Source: Eledone cirrhosa (taxonomy: Eukaryota). Taken from it: a stretch of DNA of 64,000 nucleotides. Location: positions 372,001 through 436,000 of the forward strand of contig OZ024755.1 in NCBI GenBank assembly GCA_964016885.1. Direction: 5' to 3'. Positions 52,584 through 64,000 of this stretch are shown one piece after another. Positions within the stretch are counted from its first letter, which is position 1. Each line of letters begins with the position of its first letter. The notes beneath the pieces are model-generated. The model saw nothing but the letters and a program-made list of their open reading frames with translations, was not told where the DNA came from and made no database searches. A program made the position numbers and the translations under genes.

Positions 52584-54204
52584 TATGTATATATATAGAT
52601 GATAATGATATATATGTATATATATCTGTGTTAAACTATATCCACACATCTATAATATATTAAGTTGCCAATATGACATTTCTTCTTCAAATGGATTCCA
52701 TTCTGTGTCTTCTGCAAACATAATTACATCTGTAAATGTGTATCATTACATCTCCACATATATCATTAAAATAAACAAGTCACGTCAAAAAATATATGCC
52801 AAGTTATTAATTTTACTTGCAGCTAACATTTGAAATCATATAAATATAACTACTCCTATATGTTTGTTTAACATATGGAATGAAAGCAAATATTCTCTTT
52901 GTAAAAATGAAAGTTAATACTTCAACTGGCTTCTGAAATAGAATTTCAAATGTGTAAATTACATTCTTCTACTAACAATATACCTTAAGCATTTCACAAA
53001 AACTTTCAAAAAAAGGATATTTGAAAAAATAAATTAAAAAATGAATTCCTTCATATACAATATATTTCTAATGTAGTTTTTTTGTTGTTGGAGTTTTGAT
53101 ATTCTTTCTATATATAACAAAAGATTTTTCAAACCTTAATATATAGAGAACGATGGCCCAAGCAAATAGTAAATAAGATAATTTATGTATGCTATTAAAG
53201 TCTACAACATTGTCAATGGGATATAATAATACATGAGCAACTAAAGTGATACTACACACACACACACATATATGTGCAAAAAGTAATTGGAAAAAAGACA
53301 ACTGACGAAGTACAATGAAGATATATATGACTGTGTGTTGTTCACCAGTGCTACCAGTGTTTACTTTCACAAAACTGATTCTATTTTTTGTCCAGTCCTA
53401 GTTTATTATGGTAAATATATTCAGATTCATGCAAAAATATCTCATTTCTTCTTCATTATGTTATTACTTATGCATCTACTTCCATAACAAATTTCAATTT
53501 AATGTTTTTTTTTTTCTTTTTACACAATGCCACAACACTGGCAGAGAATTCTTACAACCAAGATGCAAAACAATTTCTATCTAAATCCAAGTATCAAGAT
53601 TTTGGAGAAATTTTAAAGAGATTCAGGTGTGGCTGTGTGATTATAAGAGTTTACATATTTTGGGGGGTTGATACCATTGTTTGGCACCTTCTATAGCCTC
53701 GAGTTGACCAATGACTAGGAAGTGAAATTTGGTAAACAGAAATTTCACAGAAGCCTATCAGGTGTGTGGGGTGGGAAGGGGTATCTTCATGCCCACACTG
53801 CTTAAAAATAAAACAGGTAGTATTGTTTATATCTAACACAAAGAATAGGTCCTGAAGTTTAGCAGGTTGATGTGTATCCAGCCATAGAACACTCCCTCAA
53901 GAAAACAGTGTGCAACACTTGTCAATGTGAAAACTTTTTGCCAAAAAGTCATTGTGATGGCAATGGTGGAGGCCAAGAAAGTTTTTCATCCTATATCTGA
54001 GAAAATACTTCTAATGTAAAAGTAAAACTGTGTACACTAATGTTTCAAAATGAACTGTTATTGATAAAGATGGAACCAGCTAGCAGTTTATGGGAATTTT
54101 ATTATTATTTTGCTTTTTATTGGTATTAAACTGGGACAAGATGGGATGGAGAGGATCCTTTGGCTCTGTTGAGGACTTGACAACCTCCTTAGTGTATTTG
54201 CAAC

Positions 54205-54552
54205 AATAAAATGCAACTCAATACACTGTCAAGTGGTAATGCTGATACCATGATATCAAGCACTATGTACATGGCCTCAAGTGGTAGTTCTGGTGCCATG
54301 ACAAAAAGCACCCATACACTGTCAAGTGGTAGTGCCAGCATCATGATAAAATGCACCTAGTTCATTCTGTTAAGTAGTTGGCATTAGGAAGAGCATTCAG
54401 CTATTGAAACCCTACCAAAATATAGAAGGTATATGCAAGGTGTGCTTATCCAACTTGTGTCTCACTATGATGAAATATCTAACCTATTCCTGCATGGAAA
54501 ATGATGATGTGAGGACAAGGGTGATGATGATAACAGTGATGATGATGATGAT
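54205..54552 (+). mobile_element. Old SINE (family B-related) with an internal module of about 50 bp repeated 3-4 times
   Basis: cactgtcaagtggt..gccatga.aaaa.gcacc repeats, then ggcattaggaagagcatt and (GAT)n. Confidence 0.55.
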
Positions 54553-55161
54553 AAATATAAAATAGAACTAATGTTTTTAAATTGATATATTTTGGTGGAA
54601 CCTGCCACAAAATTTTATGAGAAAAATCTTAATTTCATTTCAAATTCCTATAAATAAAATATTTCATATCAAATACTAATAGAAAAAAAACAAAACAATC
54701 AAATCTGCACCAAAATGCCTTTTTAGTTCCATTTCTATGAGAGAATATGAAACATGCTGCTTCAAAATTTTTTTTTTCCTCTCTAAAAAATAACACCTTA
54801 TAGTTATCTTCTTTTTAATATTAAAAAAGAACATTGATTTCACATTAACTCTTGGAGGACAGGCATGGAAAATGTAGAGATATGATGCTTAAAAGCCACA
54901 CCTAGCATATAAATATAAATACATGTTTGTTCCAGGTTGGATCTGGTTTTAATGTCATTTACATCATCAGGAATAAAAGTATACAATGAAGACATAGTTA
55001 AGTGGAGAACCAGTGATAGAAAGATAGATATATGAAGGGAAATAAAAAATAAAAATAAATACACTTAACATCTACGGTCTTAGGTTCCAGGGTTTGTAGT
55101 CTTTCTGAGATTAAAGATGAAAGGAAATAACTGCTAAAAGATCCATCATTATTAAATCTTT

Positions 55162-55346
55162 GGGCGGTGAATTGGCAGTATCGGTAGAGGGTCGGACACC
55201 ATGCTTTGCAGCATAGTTACGTCCCTTTACGATCTGAGTTCAAATCCTGCCAAGGTTAACTTTGCCTTTCATCCTTACGGGGTCGATAAAATAAAGTACC
55301 AGTAATGTACTGGGTAATTGCTGGCCTTGTGCCAAAAGTAGAAACA
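55162..55346 (+). mobile_element. tRNA-derived SINE, family A, full length with 14-bp TSD
   Basis: TSD attattaaatcttt at 55148-55161 and 55347-55360; A-box-like TGGCAGTATCGG, B box GAGTTCAAATCC. Confidence 0.9.
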
Positions 55347-56709
55347 ATTATTAAATCTTTCACAAACCTCAGAGACCCACAGCATCAATTTATATTTCCA
55401 TTTCTCTAGCTTTAAGTAGAGGGACAAGATTCTAAGCTACCAGAAACAAATTCACCAGAATTTATGGTTTTCAATTTTTCATATATTTAGATAAGAATGT
55501 ACATAAGCGACATGTACCTGGCTTGTCTGGGAGATCAGTAGCTCCACTTCAGTATTGACTTCGTCTATATAGACTTGTACAACCCTTGCTAACAAGGAAA
55601 GTATATGTTTCAACAAAGATGATGAGTCACAAAAGAATTAGCTATCCAGCTCAGAAAAAAAGAACACAGTTTTGGTTTACAAACATTTCAGGTGAAGGAG
55701 AGACTTCAGGAATAAATTAGGTTCGTAAACCAAGGTTCCACTTTATCTATCACATGATTGTGCTCACGTTTATTGTATCTGAATTAGGCCAAACACCTAC
55801 AGGCAAGAAAGACATTGACAATTTCTCACATCAATCCAGATATCAATTGAGTTTACAGTGAAGCAATAATTATATAAAAACTGTATTGCCTCAATAACAA
55901 AAACCTAAGTACTAAAACAAGATGGACATTATCAAATTTCCTGGTGTAAAAGGAATTATCAGTTAATTTGATTAAATAACTACGTAATAATAATAATATA
56001 AAATGATTTAGTAGCTAATGGAATAAATATTATATATAACAAATAGTTACTGTTAGGTACTTTAATATTTTTATGGGGGGGGGGGGGGGGAGCTTGAGAT
56101 AGAAAAGAACCAATTCTATCAATGTGTGTGAGTGAGTCAGTGTGTATATATGTGTGTGAGTTTGTGTGTGTGTATATGCAAATATGTGTGAGTGTATCAA
56201 GTGAATGTATGTATCTGTGAGTGTGAATGTATGTGTCTGCATGTGTGAACAAGTGTTTATTTCCACTGTTTTGATTGTTTTCTTTGTCTAACACAATAAA
56301 CACTTTCCCAAATGAAAGGTAAAAATGTAGCTACATGTGGTCCTGTGGTTTTATTGTATTTCACCTTGTGCCTAAATCAGACTATTATTATTATTATCAT
56401 CAACCTAGTATTTTATTATAAGTTACAACAGTAAAGTTAACAATATAGCAGCAACCTATCTACCACTGACAGAATTTGTTTAAAAAAAATTGTTAAAATA
56501 TTTTATACCATAAGAACTGATTCACCTTTCAGTAAAATTTTTTTACTAAGTTAGCAATGTTTTGGCATCAACATTTTGGTGTCTACATATAAACTTACTT
56601 TATATAAATTCATAATTTAAATATTTATATATTTATATATTAATATTAGAATTTATAAATTTGTTGTTTTCATAGCACAGATTTTATAACATTTTGTTTG
56701 TGTGAGTGT

Positions 56710-57090
56710 GTGTTTAAGAGGAATCTGAAGTGGTGTGCAAGAGAGAAGCATGTGCAGACATGTGATGTGCACGGATGATAAAAGCTGGGTGAAGAAGTCC
56801 CAGTGGAAGGAAACCGCAATAGAGGCAGGCCAAGGAAGACCTGGGTTGATGTGGTGAGAACTGATCTCACAGGAGATGATGAAGGAATGTGACACGTGGA
56901 GAGATTCTGTTCTGATGATGAAGTGATGACGAAGACCTGTGATGAAGTGATGAGAGCTGATCTTAAATCACTGAAACTTACAGAGGAGATGACGAAGGAA
57001 AGCGATGAATGGAGGAGAGATGCTGGAAAGGACCCGTCCAACTCATGGGAGCATGGAAAAAAGGACATAAAAATGACAATGAAGATGATG
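56710..57090 (+). mobile_element. RTE LINE 3' fragments, partly duplicated
   Basis: Homologous to 52100-52389 (catgtgatg, ccaaggaagacctgg, ggagatgacgaagga, gacccgtcc). Confidence 0.7.
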
Positions 57091-58164
57091 TGTTTGTGTT
57101 TATGTGTGTGTATGTGTCACAAAATGTGTATGTCTGTATGAAGGGGGGCAGTATGAAGCTTTGTGACTACATTAAGCTATTTTAGTTTCTATCTTTAAAA
57201 GAAAGAAATATTTGACTATATTAAAATATAAAGAAACAACTATATTTAGAGGTAGACACTTGAGAAATACAAATACATGGTATTTAAAATTCAGTCAGCT
57301 TTACTTTTCTTAAGTCCACAGACAGTTGTTATGTATGTAGTTGAGTTTTTAAAATACTCTACTTAAATGTAATAACATTTTCTCATCTTCATTTACAAAT
57401 GGTAATGGTGGTGAGGTTGTAGTAATAATGGTGATGGTGGTGGTTAGGTAGTGAAAGTGATGAGGTAATGGTGGTGCTAGTGGGGAAGATGATGGTATTG
57501 GTGATGATGATGGTATTGGTGATGATGATGGTATTAGTGATGATGATGATAATAAAAAAGGTAAGACAAAATTACTTGTTTGGCTGATCAATTCGTAAAC
57601 AGCTGTTTTTTTTAGTCTTGTTTTTATATATGTTTCATATTTTGTCTTTCTAAGAATAAAATTTCATGTCGAATTCTAAAATTACATCAGACAATGTCTG
57701 TAAAGATTAATAAAGTATTTTTTATTTATATGGACATCCCCCCACCCCTTACCTCATTCCCTATTGTTGCCATTCTTCATTTTTATATCCACTTTTTACA
57801 TGCTAGTGTAGGCTGGATAAGATTCTTTGAGATAGCACTTAACAATCGGATGCCCTTCATAATGCACCCCTATCCCATCCTCTCTTTCCCATTGTCCACT
57901 GTGTCGATGACACTGTAAGGTGGTTGTGTAGGAGACATGGAAAAAAGGCTCCCAGTCCACATTGTAAATGTGGTTGGTGTTAGCAAGGGCATCCAGCTGT
58001 AAAAAATCTGCCAGAGACACTTCCATGCGAGCGAGACACAGTCTCCCGACCATTCCCGCATCAAATGGAACAAAACCGTCTAACTCATGCTAACATGGAA
58101 GATGGACGTTAAACGATGATGATGATGATAATGTTCTGTTAGTATGCTCTGCTGGGAGGTGGGG

Positions 58165-58262
58165 GGTTAGCTTTGCCTTTCATCCTTACGGGGTCGATAA
58201 AATAAAGCACCAGTAATACACTGGGGTAATTACTGGCCTTGTGCCAAATGTAGAAATATTAT
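58165..58262 (+). mobile_element. Family A SINE, 3' half
   Basis: ggttagctttgcctttcatccttacggggtcgataaaataaag. Confidence 0.8.
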
Positions 58263-59136
58263 TATTATTATTACTATTATTGGTGCTATTTCTGTTTATT
58301 GTATTTATTCATAAAACAAAGCCTATGGAATATAATAAATATAAAAAGTATGACAAAGAAATTATAAAAAAAAATCTGGTTCTTGTTTTAAATAAAGTCC
58401 ATTATGATGATGAAAATATGATGATGGTGATGATGATGGAATTGTTCAGCATAGCAACGGTAGTGACAATGTGAAGATGATAACCAAACAGAACTGGAAT
58501 ATAGCAATAATAAAACTCAGTTGATTAAACACAATTTGCCAAGCTAACATCACTGAATATTCAGACACAATATAGATGTTGTGGTGTTTATTCATGACAC
58601 AGACACACACATACACACACCCACAGACAAGAAAACCCAAAAGAAGCAAGAAACATTTCACAATTTCTTTTCTCCTGTTCTATAGACTTCTAGAACCAAT
58701 ATACTGAATATAGCCTTCAATTTCCTTTATTCACCTAAATAAAAGAATAAAAGACATGAATTATCTTCAGCTTTTTTTTTTTGTTTCGTTTATTTCCGAT
58801 CTTCTACTTTGTTACGATATTAAGAGTAAAAATACCTCCAAGACAGTAATAGATTTAGCCCTGATATTTTATGTAAGTGATTGTAAATTTCTGCAACAAA
58901 AGGAACATAACTGTGTATTGGTACATCATCATCATCATCATCATCATCGCTTCCATATTAAAGAAACATCATATTATATTTTCATGATGTGAAAGAAAAG
59001 TATTTTACCTTCCAAAAGCCACCATCAACCTAATCTTAGTTTCTGAAGTTAAACAAGCAAGCTACACAAACCTTACATCTCATCATGATCATCATCGTTT
59101 AATGTCCACTTCTTACGTGAGTTAGATCTATATAAA

Positions 59137-59352
59137 GGTTTCTGATTGAGGTTAAAAGACCAACAATTTGGGGACAAGGGAAAATCGATTAAAACGACCT
59201 CAGTGTGTTACTGGTACTTTATAGTATCGGCCCCATATTGCTGAAAGGTAAAGCTAACCTCGATGGGATTTGAACTCAATGTAGTGGGCTGTAACTATAT
59301 GCCACAAAACATGTTGTCCGACACTCTAACAACTCTGCCAATCTACCGCCCT
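59137..59352 (-). mobile_element. tRNA-derived SINE, family A
   Basis: Reverse complement of the family consensus, ending ctgccaatctaccgccc. Confidence 0.78.
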
Positions 59353-61302
59353 CTTACATCTATATAATACACTGAAAAACTACAACAATGAAAGGTTTAA
59401 TATTAAACTAAATAACTGAAGACTGGCATGAAGGACATAATTGAGACCATCAAGAAGGGCAAACATAGATGGGCTGGCGACATCCCTCATTTCAGAGACA
59501 ACAGGTGGACTATTGTACCTTCAGTTGCTTCACACCAGGAATACCAGGATAAACACCAACCTGATAAGTTTCTGGGTTCGAGACAGACTTTGGAACCCAT
59601 GCCAAATGGAAAAGTGGACGTTAAAGTGATGATGATAAACATAATCCCCATTGAAATATCTTTAAAAAGACATAAATAAGCAATGCAGATGAAACACACA
59701 CAAGTGCACACATGCATACGTACATGTGTGCAAATGTACATGTGTGTATATGTATATGTGTGTATATGTACATGTGTGTATATGTGTGTATATGTATGTG
59801 TGTGCATACCAACAAAACTTTCTTGAATGATGAATTAATTAAAAACTAAAATTATGTGTAGAATATTTTTAAAAAATAGAGTTGATTTAAAAATATATTT
59901 TTATAAAAATCAATTCTTTACAATCTTCATTATAAGGAAAAGTTGTGATATTCTAGTCAGCCATGTCAGCTTAACAAATGACTTTTAAACATTTGCTGAA
60001 TAAGAAAATTTAATTGGATCTATTTTTAAGTATAGTACCAGAGTGCAGAATGAAGCATTTGGACATTTCTAGTGAAGCAACTATAACAAGTCCTGCTAGT
60101 TAGGCTGGCTCTTTCAGTACATCTCACCTCACCATTCTTCAGAATAATGAATCAAATATTGTGTATGTTAGGAACACAAAACATTTGTATGACTGACTAT
60201 TATTCACTCTAGACATTGTCTAAATATATAAATACATATGGAGGTCTTCAGTCATTTCAGACGGCAAGTGCTACAGTTGATTCAATCAATGGAACTGCCT
60301 GCTTTGTGAAATTTAAGGGTAAGTGGCTGAGCATTCCACAAACATAGTTCTCAGGGAGATTCTGTATGATACAGTGTGACATGGCTGATTAAACAGTAAT
60401 GAAAATTTAATGAAGAAATAATTGTTGAGAGATATCTCGACACCTCGCTGTGATGTATTTCTGTTCGTTGGTCTAATTGTTATGTCAGACCAATTACAGT
60501 AACATGACTGACAACATTTGTTGTTAGTACTGTACCATTAGGTTAGCAATGGGTGGGAGTACTCAACCCTTTTATGCTGGGTCACTTGAATTGAACAACA
60601 CTAGACAAATGTTTATAGTAGTACAGGAGAGAGGGGAAATAGAGATAGAGAGAAAGAGATGTGATAAACTGTTGATTGCACTGTTAAGTGCTTTTAGTGA
60701 ATAAACTGAAAATGAACATAGCTAGAGCTAATAGTGATGTATATAATACAGGAAATTACCATGTTTTGTAATAAAGAAAACACAGGTAATTTCACATTAT
60801 ACCAGGAAAACTGCTCGGTGAATCAATAAAATTTGATATCACTGGTTAGTGATTGTCCAGTGTTGTGTTTAAGAAAAGGAAAACAAACAAAATAACTTTG
60901 TTAACTATCCAATGGTTGATGGATAGCTAATAGAATGAATGGCTTGTACAGTGTTGTTACTACTTGTCTAATTGATAGAGGAGAATGTACAAATTTATCT
61001 ACTGTTTTTCTAGTTTGATAAATAAACCATATTACTTAAGTGGTAACAGAATTGTTTGTTATCATGGAGATATCTTAGAATATTTATTGCTTAACTATTG
61101 CAAAACAGAAAATAAATATTAAATGATGATGATGATGATGATGATTGTGTAATACAATTAGATATTATATATTTCTTACATAATTGATTGTAAATCCAAT
61201 ATATAAAAATAATGAAAAATTTAATAAATAGACTTTTAAGATATTAAAGAGTAATATTTATATACTCAAGTATTTTATTTCTTCCTAAAATATATATATA
61301 TA

Positions 61303-61422
61303 CAAGGTGGCGCAAGAGTCACACATTACCCTATTGATGAGAATAATAGTTTATATAAGAGAGACGATAATATTTTATTATAGTTATATAACATACTGGT
61401 GTGCGACTTTTGTGCCAGCCTG
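61303..61422. mobile_element. 120-bp Tc1/mariner-type MITE
   Basis: TA|caaggtggcgcaagagtcacaca ... tgtgcgacttttgtgccagcctg|TA. Confidence 0.7.
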
Positions 61423-61434
61423 TAAGTATGTATG

Positions 61435-61495
<61 letters not shown>

Positions 61496-61699
61496 TAAAT
61501 GAATTAATTAAAGTCAGAAATTAATAACTCCTTAACAGTTTACTTATTCTTATTAACGATCAAAAGACCTCTACATAATCACTGGACCTGCAAGAAATAG
61601 CAATCAAATCTCCCTTAAACCACATCTGAAAAGAGAAGGACAAGGTGTCTATGCCTGGAACACCTTCACTTATAGGTCTGCTTGTTTGTAAAATATGTT

Positions 61700-62100
61700 G
61701 CATGGTGGAGTGATGTGGACATTGAATGTTCAGGATGTGTGAAGGTTGGAAAGAAATGATGTGATTATGCTTTGTGAGATGTTTACACTTGAACAACAAA
61801 GGACAGATGAGTTGAAGGGAAAAATGGGATATAAAAGGAATAGTATGTTGTGTGCAAGAGGAAAGACTGCACTGGTACAGGTATGTAAAACATGGAAGAT
61901 GGTTGTTGAATTAGCAGGGGATCCAAGAGGAAGAAAACCAAGGAAGACATGGACAGAAGCTGTGAAAGTTATTCTCAGGATGGATGCTAAACCTCTCAAA
62001 GGTAATGTCAAGCCAGACAATAAGTGGAAAGAGAAACCTATCCAACCCATGCTAACAACATATAAAGACAGATGTAAAAATGTTTATGATGATGATGAAG
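61700..62100 (+). mobile_element. RTE LINE 3' fragment, old
   Basis: RGRKPRKTWTE motif, tccaacccatgc and (GAT)n tail. Confidence 0.65.
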
Positions 62101-63343
62101 ATCAGTCAAGGCTAATCTGTGGCTAAACAACCAACAACTTCCCAAATGCAAGAGAGTTAAATAAAGACCTTTGTTAGACATAGATGACACTTTTCATCAT
62201 AGAAACCATAAATACTGTTAAAAAGACAAAGCTTTTTCATATAACAATTGTTTTAACTGAATGTTTTTTCAAAGCAGAATCTAAAATTAGCTTTATCACT
62301 TCCTACATATCACCTCTTGCTTGTTTACATAACAAACATAGCACCTTAATTGTTATACATTATGTGGCTAACTATTTCTTACATTGGCAGAAAGCCACAA
62401 ATTTTGGTAGGAAGGTGTATTATTGTCATGCCTGCTAATTATTTTAACCTTCAACTAACAGGATAAAAAGCAAATTTGATGCTTGAGGAATTTAAAGCTC
62501 ATATGATAGAAGAACTAAGTTAAATTGTAAAGATTTAGTCTGGCACTATTGTTTCCTCATAATCACTGCTCCCAGGTGAGTTAATGAAATAATCTAACAA
62601 AAACCAAAATTAAACTTACTACTATAAAAAGTTTTAACAAATTTGTTCAAATATTTATTGAAACTGAGTAATTTCAGTTTACCCAGACACAAACACACAG
62701 GATATATTTTGTTTTTTCTTTCTCTTTTCCATTCACTTTACCATGTACAGGATAGCTTTTGTTCAGAACATTGTTATTGTAGCTGGAACTCAGAATGTAT
62801 GTCCATTCACATTCTGAGTTCAAATCCTGCTGAGGTTAGCTTTGCACCCCCCCCCCTCCACAGCTCTAAAATTTCTATTTGCTTTTGCTGATACTAATCC
62901 ATGTTAAACTAAATACATAAATATAATAGGCAAACAAACAAATAAAAAATCATCATCATCATCATCGTTTAATGTCCATCTTCCATGCTAGATAAATAAA
63001 TAAAACAAATAGATAACTAAATAAATAAAGCTAATGTTGTTGAGTGTAAATCCAAAAAAGGTGGATTGGTTGATTGGTGGAATAGTCATAAAATATAATG
63101 TGAACCAAAAGCCAACAAAATCCTTGTGTTTAAATCCACCAGTTGCAACTCCATACCAGAAAGGATTGAAACTATTAAGTAGAACTATGGAATAAAAATG
63201 TTACAGCACCAATAATGGATAATAATCGATAATCATGAAATAAGTTGATCGTCTTAACATGAAAGTGCAATAAGATATTGCTATGAAACTGGCATAAAAT
63301 CACGTTCATCCTTCGTAGTAATCAGATATGATGTATAAGGATG

Positions 63344-63490
63344 GAGGGTGAGGGGGCTGAAAAGTTCATAGGCTGACTATGAAGGAGTGGTGCTAGAGAT
63401 GTGAAATCTTGCATGTATTAATTTCAACTCTTCTTATTAATAACTGCACTGTTTCTATCCAGGGACTATGTTGAAAAATAAGCCTCACTT
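63344..63490 (+). mobile_element. mariner-type MITE, partial
   Basis: ggctgaaaagttcataggctgactat... matches the 11479 copy. Confidence 0.72.
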
Positions 63491-63639
63491 ATTTCACATT
63501 GTTCCAGTTTACTCAGCTAAAGAAATGAGTTGCAACATTACTGGTGCCAAGCTGCATCAGCCTTTGCCTTTTCTTTCAACAACATCAGGGGAAACTGCTG
63601 GTCTTCCACCAAAACACCTTAACATGGCATGTGCCTCAG

Positions 63640-63797
63640 AGGGCAACATTCTAGGTACAAAACCAATGGTCATTTATAACCGAAAGAGGTTATATTATAT
63701 AAGGAAATCACTTTAAATGGTTGATCATTTTCAAAATTTATTTGAAATTCATAGTCAGTAGTGTAATTCATTAGAAATATGGTAATGAAGGGGTTAA
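63640..63797. mobile_element. piggyBac-like MITE fragment
   Basis: cattagaaatatggtaatgaaggggTTAA. Confidence 0.55.
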
Positions 63798-64000
63798 AAC
63801 TAGCCAGAACATATCAGAACATGTCAAACAAAAAAAAAAATATTTTAAGATCAAATGTTGATCTTGATTGAAGAATATTAAATGACAAGTGAAACTCTCG
63901 ATTCCATAGTGAAAGATGGTGTTTCAAACTGTGTAGGTTTACATGTAAAATTTGAAGGTGATTATTGTCAGAACGTTTATGGTATAGCTAGTCAGTATAT

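Noticed and set aside
54590-54603. cag|GTT CCA CCA AAA (minus) as the candidate KIF13 micro-exon
   Set aside because: No GT donor follows.

Overview
AT-rich eukaryotic DNA, most likely from an octopod cephalopod, judged from the SINE/RTE repertoire and the dense (TA)n/(GAT)n/(AAT)n tracts. The whole window appears to lie inside one minus-strand kinesin-3 gene (KIF13A/B / Khc-73 type). Four motor-domain exons are present (36662-36719, 29406-29498, 15544-15724, 6725-6812). All have GT-AG boundaries and splice in frame; the start and the rest of the gene lie outside the window or were not found. The introns are a mosaic of mobile DNA: a decayed CR1 LINE nested in a complete non-autonomous Helitron, a 5'-truncated RTE LINE and a tRNA-SINE sharing its 3' tail, a second abundant tRNA-SINE family, and piggyBac-, mariner- and pogo-type MITEs. 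The most notable signal is a set of (TA)n-embedded, Penelope-like terminal fragments carrying hammerhead-ribozyme motifs, two of them as long near-perfect inverted repeats. Most listed ORFs are microsatellite or antisense artefacts. No prokaryotic system or CRISPR array is supported. Repeat boundaries were read by eye and are approximate unless a TSD or TIR is quoted.
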